A DNA stretch of 64,000 nt from Eledone cirrhosa (taxonomy: Eukaryota), in the NCBI GenBank assembly GCA_964016885.1, contig OZ024740.1, positions 77,066,001-77,130,000 on the forward strand, read 5' to 3'. Of the stretch, positions 1-12,500 are shown in pieces. The notes under the pieces are model-generated. The model saw nothing but the letters and a program-made list of their open reading frames with translations. It did no database searches and had not been told where the DNA came from. How positions within the stretch are numbered: the first letter of the stretch is position 1; the number at the start of each line of letters is the position of its first letter. Made by a program: the position numbers and the translations under genes.

Positions 1-3000
1 TTGATGTTGATGTTGGTGTTGTTAGCGATGGTATTGGAGGTGGCGTTGGTGTTGGTGGTGGGGCTGGAGTGTTGTTGATATTGATGTTGGTGTTGTTAGC
101 GATGGTATTGGAGTTGGTGTTGGTGTTGGTGGTGGGGCTGGAGTGCTGTTGATGTTGATGTTGGTGTTGTTAGCGATGGTATTGGAGGTGGTGTTGGTGT
201 TGGTGGTGGGCTTGGAGTGCTGTTGATGTTGATGTTGGTGTTGTTAGCGATGGTATTGGAGTTGGTGTTGGTGTTGGTGGTGGGGCTGGAGTGTTGTTGA
301 TGTTGATGTTGGTGTTGTTAGCGATGGTATTGGAGTTGGTGTTGGTGTTGGTGGTGGGGCGGGAGTGTTGTTGATGTTGATTTTGGTGTTGTTAGCGATG
401 TTATTGGAGGTGGCGTTGGTGTTGGTGGTGGGGCTGGAGTGCTGTTGATGTTGATGTTGGTGTTGTTAGCGATGGTATTGGAGTTGGTGTTGGTGTTGGT
501 GGTGGGGCTGGAGTGTTGTTGATGTTGATGTTGGTGTTGTTAGCGATGGTATTGGAGTTGGTGTTGGTGTTGGTGGTGGGGCTGGAGTGCTGTTGATGTT
601 GATGTTGGTGTTGTTAGCGATGGTATTGGAGTTGGTGTTGGTGTTGGTGGTGGGGCGGTAGTGTTGTTGACGTTGATTTTGGTGTTGTTAGTGGTGTTAT
701 TGGCGGTGGCGTTGGTGTTGGTGGTGGGGCTGGAGTGCTGTTGATGTTGATGTTGGTGTTGTTAACGATGGTATTGGAGTTGGCGTTGGTGTTGGATGTG
801 GGGCTGGAGTGCTGTTGATGTTGATGTTGGTGTTGTTAGGGATGGTATTGGAGTTGGCGTTGGTGTTGGTGGTGGGGCTGGAGTGCTGTTGATGTTGATG
901 TTGGTGTTGTTAGCGATGGTATTGGAGTTGGTGTTGGAGTTGGTGGTTGGGCTGGAGTGCTGTTGATGTTGATGTTGGTGTTGTTAGCGATGGTATTGGA
1001 GTTGGTGTTGGAGTTGTGGGTGGGGCTGGAGTGCTGTTGATGTTGACATTGGTGTTGTTAGCGATGGTATTGGAGTTGGCGTTGGTGTTGGTGTTGGGGC
1101 TGGAGTGTTGTTGATGTTGATGTTGGTGTTGTTAGCGATGGTATTGGAGTTGGTGTTGGTGTTGGTGGTGGGGCTGGAGTGCTGCTGATGTTGATGTTGG
1201 TGTTGTTAGCGATGGCATTGGAGCTGGCGTTGGTTTTGGTGTTGGGGCTGGAGTGCTGTTGATGTTGATGTTGGTGTTGTTAGCGATGGTATTGGAGCTG
1301 GCGTTGGTTTTGGTGGTGGGGCTGGAGTGCTGTTCATGTTGATGTTGGTGTTGTTAGCGATGGTATTGGAGCTGGCGTTGGTCTTGGTGGTGGGGCTGGA
1401 GTGCTGTTGATGTTGATGTTGGTGTTGTTAGCGATGGTATTGGAGCTGACGTTGGTTTTAGTGGTGGGGCTGGAGTGCTGTTGATGTTGATGTTGGTGTT
1501 GTTAGCGATGGTATTGGAGTTGTCGTTGGTGTTAGTGTTTATGGTGGGGCTGGAGTGCTGTTGATGTTGATGTTAGTGTTGTTAGCGATGGTATGGGAGT
1601 TGGTGTTGGTGGTGGGGTTGGAGTGCTGTTGATGTTGATGTTGGTGTTGTTAGTGATAGTATTGGAGTTGGTGTTGGAGTTGGTGTTGGGGCTGGAGTGC
1701 TGTTGATGTTGCTGTTGGTGTTGTTAGCGATGGTATTGGTGTTGGCGTTGGTGTTGGTGTTGGTGGTGGGGTTGGAGTGCTGTTGATGTTGATGTTGGTG
1801 TTGTTAGCGATGGTATTGGAGTTGACGTTGGTGTTGGTGTTGGTGGTCTGTCGTGTGTGCTGTTCATGTTGATGTTGTGTTGTTAGCGATGGTATTGGAG
1901 TTGGTGTTGGTGTTGGTGTTGGTGGTGGGGCTGGAGTGCTGTTGATGTTGATGTTGGTGTTGTTATCGATGGTATTGGAGTTGGCGATGGTGTTGCTGGT
2001 GGGGCTGGAGTGCTGTTGATGTTGATGTTGGTGTTGTTAGCGATGGTATTGGAGTTGGTGTTGGTGTTGGAGTTGGTGTTGGTGTTGGAGTTGTTGTTGG
2101 GGCAGGAGTGCTGTTGATGTTGATGTTGGTGTTGTTAGCGATGGTATTGGAGTTGGTGTTGGTGTTGGAGTTGGTGTTGGGGCAGGAGTGCTGTTGATGT
2201 TGATGTTGGTGTTGTTAGCGATGGTATTGGAGTTGGCGTTCTTGTTGGTGTTGGGGCTGGAGTGCTGTTGATGTTGATGTTGGTGTTGTTAGCGATTGTA
2301 ATGGAGTTGGTGTTGGTGTTGGTGGTGGGGCTGGAGTGCTGTTGATGTTGAAGTTGGTGTTGTTAGCGATGGTATTGGAGGTGGCGTTGGTGTCGGTGGT
2401 GGGGCTGGAGTGTTGTTGATATTGATGTTGGTGTTGTTAGCGATGGTATTGGAGTTGGTGTTGGTGTTGGTGGTGGGGCTGGAGTGCTGTTGATGTTGAT
2501 GTTGGTGTTGTTAGCGATGGTATTGGAGGTGGTGTTGGTGTTGGTGGTCGGCTTGGAGTGCTGTTGATGTTGATGTTGGTGTTGTTAGCGATGGTATTGG
2601 AGTTGGTGTTGGTGTTGGTGGTGCGGCTGGAGTGTTGTTGATGTTGATGTTGGTGTTGTTAGCGATGGTATTGGAGTTGGTGTTGGTGTTGGTGGTGTGG
2701 CGGGAGTGTTGTTGATGTTGATTTTGGTGTTGTTAGCGATGTTATTGGAGGTGGCGTTGGTGTTGGTGGTGGGGCTGGAGTGCTGTTGATGTTCATGTTG
2801 GTGTTGTTAGCGATGGTATTGGAGTTGGTGTTGGTGTTGGTGGTGGGGCTGGAGTGCTGTTGATGTTGATGTTGGTGTTGTTAGCGATGGTATTGGAGTT
2901 GGTGTTGGTGTTGGTGGTGGGGCGGGAGTGTTGTTGATGTTGATTTTGGTGTTGTTAGTGGTGTTATTGGAGGTGGCGTTGGTGTTGGTGGTGGGGCTGG

Positions 3001-3499
3001 AGTGCTGTTGATGTTGATGTTGGTGTTGTTAACGATGGTATTGGAGTTGGTGTTGGTGGTGGGGCTGGAGTGCTGTTGATGTTGATGTTGGTGTTGTTAG
3101 CGATGGTATTGGAGTTGGTGTTGGTGTTGGTGGTGGGGCTGGAGTGCTGTTGATGTTGACATTGGTGTTGTTAGCGTTGGTATTGGAGTTGGCGTTGGTG
3201 TTGGTGTTGGGGCTGGAGTGCTGTTGATGTTGATGTTGGTGTTGTTAGCGATGGTATTGGAGTTGGTGTTGGAGTTGTGTGTGGGGCTGGAGTGCTGTTG
3301 ATGTTGATGTTGGTGTTGTTAGCGATGGTATTGGAGTTGGTGTTGGTGTTAGTGGTGGGGCTGGAGTGCTGCTGATGTTGATGTTGGTGTTGTTAGCGAT
3401 GGTATTGGAGTTGGCGTTGGTGTTGGTGTTGGGGCTGGAGTGCTGTTGATGTTGATGTTGGTGTTGTTAGCGATGGTATTGGAGTTGGTGTTGGTGTTG

Positions 3500-6400
3500 G
3501 TGGTGGGGCTGGAGTGCTGCTGATGTTGATGTTGGTGTTGTTAGCGATGGTATTGGAGTTGGCGTTGGTGTTGGTGTTGGGGCTGGAGTGTTGTTGATGT
3601 TGATGTTGGTGTTGTTAGCGATGGTATTGGAGCTGGCGTTGGTTTTGGTGGTGGGGCTGGAGTGCTGTTGATGTTGATGTTGGTGTTGTTAGCGATGGTA
3701 TTGGAGCTGGCGTTGGTTTTGGTGGTGGGGCTGGAGTGCTGTTCATGTTGATGTTGGTGTTGTTAGCGATGGTATTGGAGCTGGCGTTGGTTTTGGTGGT
3801 GGGGCTGGAGTGCTGTTGATGTTGATGTTGGTGTTGTTAGCGATGGTATTGGAGCTGACGTTGGTTTTGGTGGTGGGGCTAGAGTGCTGTTGATGTTGAT
3901 GTTGGTGTTGTTAGCGATGGTATTGGAGTTGTCGTTGGTGTTAGTGTTTATGGTGGGGCTGGAGTGCTGTTGATGTTGATGTTAGTGTTGTTAGCGATGG
4001 TATGGGAGTTGGTGTTGGTGGTGGGGTTGGAGTGCTGTTGATGTTGATGTTGGTGTTGTTAGCGATGGTATTGGAGTTGGTGTTGGTGTTGGTGGTGGGG
4101 CTGGAGTGCTGTTGATGTTGATGTTGGTGTTGTTAGTGATGGTATTGGAGTTGGTGTTGGAGTTGGTGTTGGGGCTGGAGTGCTGTTGATGTTGATGTTG
4201 GTGTTGTTAGCGATGGTATTGGTGTTGGCGTTGGTGTTGGTGTTGGTGGTGGGGTTGGAGTGCTGTTGATGTTGATGTTGGTGTTGTTAGCGATGGTATG
4301 GGAGTTGGTGTTGGTGTTGGTGGTGGGGCTGGAGTGTTATTGATATTGATGTTGGTGTTGTTAGCGATGGTATTGGAGTTGGTGTTGGAGTTGGTGTTGG
4401 GGCTGGAGTGCTGTTGATGTTGATGTTGGTGTTGTTAGCGATTGTAATGGAGTTGGTGTCGGTGTTGGTGGTGGGGCTGGAGTGCTGTTGATGTTGATGT
4501 TGGTGTTGTTAGCGATGGTATTGGAGGTGGCGTTGGTGTTGGTGGTGGGGCTGGAGTGTTATTGATATTGATGTTGGTGTTGTTAGCGATGGTATTGGAG
4601 TTGGTGTTGGTGGTGGGGCTGGAGTACTGTTGATGTTGATGTTGGTGTTGTTAGCGATGGTATTGTAGTTGGCGTTGGTGTTGGTGTTGGTGGTGGGGCT
4701 GGAGTGCTGTTGATGTTGATGTTGGTGTTGTTAGCGATGGTATTGGAGTTGGCGTTGGTGTTGGTGGTGGGGCTGGAGTGCTGTTGATGTTGATGTTGGT
4801 GTTGTTAGAGATGGTATTGGAGTTGGCGTTGGTGTTGGTGGTGGGGCTGGAGTGCTGTTGATGTTGATGTTGGTGTTGTTAGAGATGGTATTGGAGTTGG
4901 CGTTGGTTTTGGTGGTGGGGCTGGAGTGCTGTTGATGTTGATGTTGGTGTTGTTAGCGATGGTATTGGAGTTGACGTTGGTGTTGGTGGTGGTGGTGTGT
5001 CGTGTGTGCTGTTCATGTTGATGTTGTGTTGTTAGCGATGGTATTGGAGTTGGTGTTGGTGTTGGTGTTGGTGGTGGGGCTGGAGTGCTGTTGATGTTGA
5101 TGTTGGTGTTGTTAGCGATGGTATTGGAGTTGGCGATGGTGTTGCTGGTGGGGCTGGAGTGCTGTTGATGTTGATGTTGGTGTTGTTAGCGATGATATTG
5201 GAGTTGGTGTTGGTGTTGGAGTTGGTGTTGTTGTTGGAGTTGTTGTTGGGGCAGGAGTGCTGTTGATGTTGGTGTTGTTAGCGATGGTATTGGAGTTGGT
5301 GTTGGTGTTGGTGGTGGGGCTGGAGTGCTGTTGATGTTGATGTTGGTGTTGTTAGCGATGGTATTGGAGGTGGTGTTGGTGTTGGTGGTGGGCTTGGAGT
5401 GCTGTTGATGTTGATGTTGGTGTTGTTAGCGATGGTATTGGAGTTGGTGTTGGTGTTGGTGGTGGGGCTGGAGTGTTGTTGATGTTGATGTTGGTGTTGT
5501 TAGCGATGGTATTGGAGTTGGTGTTGGTGTTGGTGGTGGGGCGGGAGTGTTGTTGATGTTGATTTTGGTGTTGTTAGCGATGTTATTGGAGGTGGCGTTG
5601 GTGTTGGTGGTGGGGCTGGAGTGCTGTTGATGTTCATGTTGGTGTTGTTAGCGATGGTATTGGAGTTGGTGTTGGTGTTGGTGGTGGGGCTGGAGTGCTG
5701 TTGATGTTGATGTTGGTGTTGTTAGCGATGGTATTGGAGTTGGTGTTGGTGTTGGTGGTGGGGCGGGAGTGTTGTTGCTGTTGATTTTGGTGTTGTTAGT
5801 GGTGTTATTGGAGGTGGCGTTGGTGTTGGTGGTGGGGCTGGAGTGCTGTTGATGTTGATGTTGGTGTTGTTAACGATGGTATTGGAGTTCGCGTTGGTGT
5901 TGGTGGTGGGGCTGGAGTGCTGTTGATGTTGATGTTGGTGTTGTTAGCGATGGTATTGGAGTTGGTGTTGGAGTTGGTGGTTGGGCTGGAGTGCTGTTGA
6001 TGTTGATGTTGGTGTTGTTAGCGATGGTATTGGAGTTGGTGTTGGAGTTGTGGGTGGGCTAGAGTGCTGTTGATGTTGACATTGGTGTTGTTAGCGTTGG
6101 TATTGGAGTTGGCGTTGGTGTTGGTGTTGGTGTTGGGGCTGGAGTGCTGTTGATGTTGATGTTGGTGTTGTTAGCGATGGTATTGGAGTTGCTGTTGGAG
6201 TTGTGGGTGGGGCTGGAGTGCTGTTGATGTTGATGTTGGTGTTGTTAGCGATGGTATTGGAGTTGGTGTTGGTGTTAGTGGTGGGGCTGGAGTGCTGCTG
6301 ATGTTGATGTTGGTGTTGTTAGCGATGGTATTGGAGTTGGCGTTGGTGTTGGTGTTGGGGCTGGAGTGCTGTTGATGTTGATGTTGGTGTTGTTAGCGAT

Positions 6401-9400
6401 GGTATTGGAGTTGGTGTTGGTGTTGGTGGTGGGGCTGGAGTGCTGCTGATGTTGATGTTGGTGTTGTTAGCGATGGTATTGGAGTTGGCGTTGGTGTTGG
6501 TGTTGGGGCTGGAGTGTTGTTGATGTTGATGTTGGTGTTGTTAGCGATGGTATTGGAGCTGGCGTTGGTTTTGGTGGTGGGGCTGGAGTGCTTTTGATGT
6601 TGATGTTGGTGTTGTTAGCGATGGTATTGGAGCTGGCGTTGGTTTTGGTGGTGGGGCTGGAGTGCTGTTCATGTTGATGTTGGTGTTGTTAGCGATGGTA
6701 TTGGAGCTGGCGTTGGTTTTGGTGGTGGGGCTGGAGTGCTGTTGATGTTGATGTTGGTGTTGTTAGCGATGGTATTGGAGCTGACGTTGGTTTTGGTGGT
6801 GGGGCTGGAGTGCTGTTGATGTTGATGTTGGTGTTGTTAGCGATGGTATTGGAGTTGTCGTTGGTGTTAGTGTTTATGGTGGGGCTGGAGTGCTGTTGAT
6901 GTTGATGTTAGTGTTGTTAGCGATGGTATGGGAGTTGGTGTTGGTGGTGGGGTTGGAGTGCTGTTGATGTTGATGTTGGTGTTGTTAGCGATGGTTTTGG
7001 AGTTGGCGTTGGTGTTGGTGTTTGTGGTGGGGTTGGAGTGCTGTTGATGTTGATGTTGGTGTTGTTAGCGATGGTATTGGAGTTGGCGTTGGTGTTGGTG
7101 TTGGGGCTTGAGTGCTGTTGATGTTGATGTTGGTGTTGTTAGCGATGGTATTGGTGTTGGCGTTGGTGTTGGTGTTGGTGGTGGGGTTGGAGTGCTGTTG
7201 ATGTTGATGTTGGTGTTGTTAGCGATGGTATTGGAGTTGGTGTTGGTGTTGGTGGTGGGGCTGGAGTGCTGTTGATGTTGATGTTGGTGTTGTTAGCGAT
7301 GGTATTGGAGTTGGTGTTGGTGTTGGAGTTGGTGTTGGGGCAGGAGTGCTGTTGATGTTGATGTTGGTGTTGTTAGCGATGGTATTGGAGTTGGCGTTCT
7401 TGTTGGTGTTGGGGCTGGAGTGCTGTTGATGTTGATGTTGGTGTTGTTAGCGATTGTAATGGAGTTGGTGTTGGTGTTGGTGGTGGGGCTGGAGTGCTGT
7501 TGATGTTGAAGTTGGTGTTGTTAGCGATGGTATTGGAGGTGGCGTTGGTGTTGGTGGTGGGGCTGGAGTGTTGTTGATATTGATGTTGGTGTTGTTAGCG
7601 ATGGTATTGGAATTGGTGTTGGTGTTGGTGGTGGGGCTGGAGTGCTGTTGATGTTGATGTTGGTGTTGTTAGCGATGGTATTGGAGGTGGTGTTGGTGTT
7701 GGTGGTGGGCTTGGAGTGCTGTTGATGTTGATGTTGGTGTTGTTAGCGATGGTATTGGAGTTGGTGTTGGTGTTGGTGGTGGGGCTGGAGTGTTGTTGAT
7801 GTTGATGTTGGTGTTGTTAGCGATGGTATTGGAGTTGGTGTTGGTGTTGGTGGTGGGGCGGGAGTGTTGTTGATGTTGATTTTGGTGTTGTTAGAGATGT
7901 TATTGGAGGTGGCGTTGGTGTTGGTGGTGGGGCTGGAGTGCTGTTGATGTTGATGTTGGTGTTGTTAACGATGGTATTGGAGTTGGCGTTGGTGTTGGTG
8001 GTGGGGCTGGAGTGCTGTTGATGTTGATGTTGGTGTTGTTAGCGATGGTATTGGAGTTGGTGTTGGTGTTGGTGGTGGGGCTGGAGTGCTGCTGATGTTG
8101 ATGTTGGTGTTGTTAGCGATGGTATTGGAGTTGGTGTTGGAGTTGTGGGTGGGGCTGGAGTGCTGTTGATGTTGATGTTGGTGTTGTTAGCGATGGTATT
8201 GGAGTTGGTGTTGGTGTTAGTGGTGGGGCTGGAGTGCTGCTGATGTTGATGTTGGTGTTGTTAGCGATGGTATTGGAGTTGGCGTTGGTGTTGGTGTTGG
8301 GGCTGGAGTGCTGTTGATGTTGATGTTGGTGTTGTTAGCGATGGTATTGGAGTTGGTGTTGGTGTTGGTGGTGGGGCTGGAGTGCTGCTGATGTTGATGT
8401 TGGTGTTGTTAGCGATGGTATTGGAGTTGGCGTTGGTGTTGGTGTTGGGGCTGGAGTGTTGTTGATGTTGATGTTGGTGTTGTTAGCGATGGTATTGGAG
8501 CTGGCGTTGGTTTTGGTGGTGGGGCTGGAGTGCTGTTGATGTTGATGTTGGTGTTGTTAGCGATGGTATTGGAGCTGGCGTTGGTTTTGGTGGTGGGGCT
8601 GGAGTGCTGTTCATGTTGATGTTGGTGTTGTTAGCGATGGTATTGGAGCTGGCGTTGGTTTTGGTGGTGGGGCTGGAGTGCTGTTGATGTTGATGTTGGT
8701 GTTGTTAGCGATGGTATTGGGGCTGACGTTGGTTTTGGTGGTGGGGCTGGAGTGCTGTTGATGTTGATGTTGGTGTTGTTAGCGATGGTATTGGAGTTGT
8801 CGTTGGTGTTAGTGTTTCTGGTGGGGCTGGAGTGCTGTTGATGTTGATGTTAGTGTTGTTAGCGATGGTATGGGAGTTGGTGTTGGTGGTGGGGTTGGAG
8901 TGCTGTTGATGTTGATGTTGGTGTTGTTAGCGATGGTATTGGAGTTGGTGTTGGTGTTGGTGGTGGGGCTGGAGTGCTGTTGATGTTGATGTTGGTGTTG
9001 TTAGTGATGGTATTGGAGTTGGTGTTGGAGTTGGTGTTGGGGCTGGAGTGCTGTTGATGTTGATGTTGGTGTTGTTAGCGATGGTATTGGTGTTGGCGTT
9101 GGTGTTGGTGTTGGTGGTGGGGTTGGAGTGCTGTTGATGTTGATGTTGGTGTTGTTAGCGATGGTATGGGAGTTGGTGTTGGTGTTGGTGGTGGGGCTGG
9201 AGTGTTATTGATATTGATGTTGGTGTTGTTAGCGATGGTATTGGAGTTGGTGTTGGAGTTGGTGTTGGGGCTGGAGTGCTGTTGATGTTGATGTTGGTGT
9301 TGTTAGCGATTGTAATGGAGTTGGTGTCGGTGTTGGTGGTGGGGCTGGAGTGCTGTTGATGTTGATGTTGGTGTTGTTAGCGATGGTATTGGAGTTGGTG

Positions 9401-12400
9401 TTGGTGGTGGGGCTGGAGTACTGTTGATGTTGATGTTGGTGTTGTTAGCGATGGTATTGTAGTTGGCGTTGGTGTTGGTGTTGGTGGTGGGGCTGGAGTG
9501 CTGTTGATGTTGATGTTGGTGTTGTTAGCGATGGTATTGGAGTTGGCGTTGGTGTTGGTGGTGGGGCTGGAGTGCTGTTGATGTTGATGTTGGTGTTGTT
9601 AGCGATGGTATTGGAGTTGGCGTTGGTGTTGGTGGTGGGGCTGGAGTGCTGTTGATGTTGATGTTGGTGTTGTTAGCGATGGTATTGGAGTTGGCGTTGG
9701 TGTTGGTGGTGGGGCTGGAGTGCTGTTGATGTTGATGTTGGTGTTGTTAGCGATGGTATTGGAGTTGGCGTTGGTGTTGGTGGTGGGGCTGGAGTGCTGT
9801 TGATGTTGATGTTGGTGTTGTTAGAGATGGTATTGGAGTTGGCGTTGGTGTTGGTGGTGGGGCTGGAGTGCTGTTGATGTTGATGTTGGTGTTGTTAGCG
9901 ATGGTATTGGAGTTGACGTTGGTGTTGGTGTTGGTGGTGTGTCGTGTGTGCTGTTCATGTTGATGTTGTGTTGTTAGCGATGGTATTGGAGTTGGTGTTG
10001 GTGTTGGTGTTGGTGGTGGGGCTGGAGTGCTGTTGATGTTGATGTTGGTGTTGTTAGCGATGGTATTGGAGTTGGCGATGGTGTTGCTGGTGGGGCTGGA
10101 GTGCTGTTGATGTTGATGTTGGTGTTGTTAGCGATGGTATTGGAGTTGGTGTTGGTGTTGGAGTTGGTGTTGGTGTTGGAGTTGTTGTTGGGGCAGGAGT
10201 GCTGTTGATGTTGGTGTTGTTAGCGATGGTATTGGAGTTGGTGTTGGTGTTGGAGTTGTTGTTGGGGCAGGAGTGCTGTTGATGTTGGTGTTGTTAGCGA
10301 TGGTATTGGAGTTGGCGTTGTTGTTGGTGTTGGGGCTGGAGTGCTGTTGATGTTGATGTTGGTGTTGTTAGCGATTGTAATGGAGTTGGTGTTGGTGTTG
10401 GTGGGGGGCTGGAGTGCTGTTGATGTTGAAGTTGGTGTTGTTAGCGATGGTATTGGAGGTGGCGTTGGTGTTGGTGGTGGGGCTGGAGTGTTGTTGATAT
10501 TGATGTTGGTGTTGTTAGCGATGGTATTGGAGTTGGTGTTGGTGTTGGTGGTGGGGCTGGAGTGCTGTTGATGTTGATGTTGGTGTTGTTAGCGATGGTA
10601 TTGGAGTTGGCGTTGGTGTTGGTGTTGGGGCTGGAGTGTTGTTGATGTTGATGTTGGTGTTGTTAGCGATGGTATTGGAGCTGGCGTTGGTTTTGGTGGT
10701 GGGGCTGGAGTGCTGTTGATGTTGATGTTGGTGTTGTTAGCGAATGTATTGGAGCTGGCGTTGGTTTTGGTGGTGGGGCTGGAGTGCTGTTCATGTTGAT
10801 GTTGGTGTTGTTAGCGATGGTATTGGAGCTGGCGTTGGTTTTGGTGGTGGGGCTGGAGTGCTGTTGATGTTGATGTTGGTGTTGTTAGCGATGGTATTGG
10901 AGCTGACGTTGGTTTTGGTGGTGGGGCTAGAGTGCTGTTGATGTTGATGTTGGTGTTGTTAGCGATGGTATTGGAGTTGTCGTTGGTGTTAGTGTTTATG
11001 GTGGGGCTGGAGTGCTGTTGATGTTGATGTTAGTGTTGTTAGCGATGGTATGGGAGTTGGTGTTGGTGGTGGGGTTGGAGTGCTGTTGATGTTGATGTTG
11101 GTGTTGTTAGCGATGGTATTGGAGTTGGTGTTGGTGTTGGTGGTGGGGCTGGAGTGCTGTTGATGTTGATGTTGGTGTTGTTAGTGATGGTATTGGAGTT
11201 GGTGTTGGAGTTGGTGTTGGGGCTGGAGTGCTGTTGATGTTGATGTTGGTGTTGTTAGCGATGGTATTGGTGTTGGCGTTGGTGTTGGTGTTGGTGGTGG
11301 GGTTGGAGTGCTGTTGATGTTGATGTTGGTGTTGTTAGCGATGGTATGGGAGTTGGTGTTGGTGTTGGTGGTGGGGCTGGAGTGTTATTGATATTGATGT
11401 TGGTGTTGTTAGCGATGGTATTGGAGTTGGTGTTGGAGTTGGTGTTGGGGCTGGAGTGCTGTTGATGTTGATGTTGGTGTTGTTAGCGATTGTAATGGAG
11501 TTGGTGTCGGTGTTGGTGGTGGGGCTGGAGTGCTGTTGATGTTGATGTTGGTGTTGTTAGCGATGGTATTGGAGGTGGCGTTGGTGTTGGTGGTGGGGCT
11601 GGAGTGTTATTGATATTGATGTTGGTGTTGTTAGCGATGGTATTGGAGTTGGTGTTGGTGGTGGGGCTGGAGTACTGTTGATGTTGATGTTGGTGTTGTT
11701 AGCGATGGTATTGTAGTTGGCGTTGGTGTTGGTGTTGGTGGTGGGGCTGGAGTGCTGTTGATGTTGATGTTGGTGTTGTTAGCGATGGTATTGGAGTTGG
11801 CGTTGGTGTTGGTGGTGGGGCTGGAGTGCTGTTGATGTTGATGTTGGTGTTGTTAGAGATGGTATTGGAGTTGGCGTTGGTGTTGGTGGTGGGGCTGGAG
11901 TGCTGTTGATGTTGATGTTGGTGTTGTTAGAGATGGTATTGGAGTTGGCGTTGGTTTTGGTGGTGGGGCTGGAGTGCTGTTGATGTTGATGTTGGTGTTG
12001 TTAGCGATGGTATTGGAGTTGACGTTGGTGTTGGTGGTGGTGGTGTGTCGTGTGTGCTGTTCATGTTGATGTTGTGTTGTTAGCGATGGTATTGGAGTTG
12101 GTGTTGGTGTTGGTGTTGGTGGTGGGGCTGGAGTGCTGTTGATGTTGATGTTGGTGTTGTTAGTGATGGTATTGGAGTTGGCGATGGTGTTGCTGGTGGG
12201 GCTGGAGTGCTGTTGATGTTGATGTTGGTGTTGTTAGCGATGATATTGGAGTTGGTGTTGGTGTTGGAGTTGGTGTTGTTGTTGGAGTTGTTGTTGGGGC
12301 AGGAGTGCTGTTGATGTTGGTGTTGTTAGCGATGGTATTGGAGTTGGTGTTGGTGTTGGTGGTGGGGCTGGAGTGCTGTTGATGTTGATGTTGGTGTTGT

Positions 12401-12500
12401 TAGCGATGGTATTGGAGGTGGTGTTGGTGTTGGTGGTGGGCTTGGAGTGCTGTTGATGTTGATGTTGGTGTTGTTAGCGATGGTATTGGAGTTGGTGTTG
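3500..12500 (+). repeat. Duplicated block of about 2 kb (about 3500-5480 and about 10550-12500), offset 7048
   Basis: GGGGCTAGAG at 3881/10929, GTCG marker at 3931/10979 and TCGTGTGTG at 5000/12048 all share offset 7048. Confidence 0.85.

Noticed and set aside
150-175. Possible tiny GT...AG intron (20 or 26 nt) in each monomer, whose removal would restore frame to a Gly/Val-rich repeat
   Set aside because: GT is ubiquitous here, the donor lacks GTRAG/GTA consensus, there is no branch point or pyrimidine tract, and no transcript evidence is available. Spliced RNA reads would be needed to revive this idea.
1200-1480. Immunoglobulin switch-region-like GAGCT/GGGCT pentamers
   Set aside because: AGCT is absent from the consensus and occurs only in a minority variant. 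The array is also far longer than a switch region and has no Ig exons.
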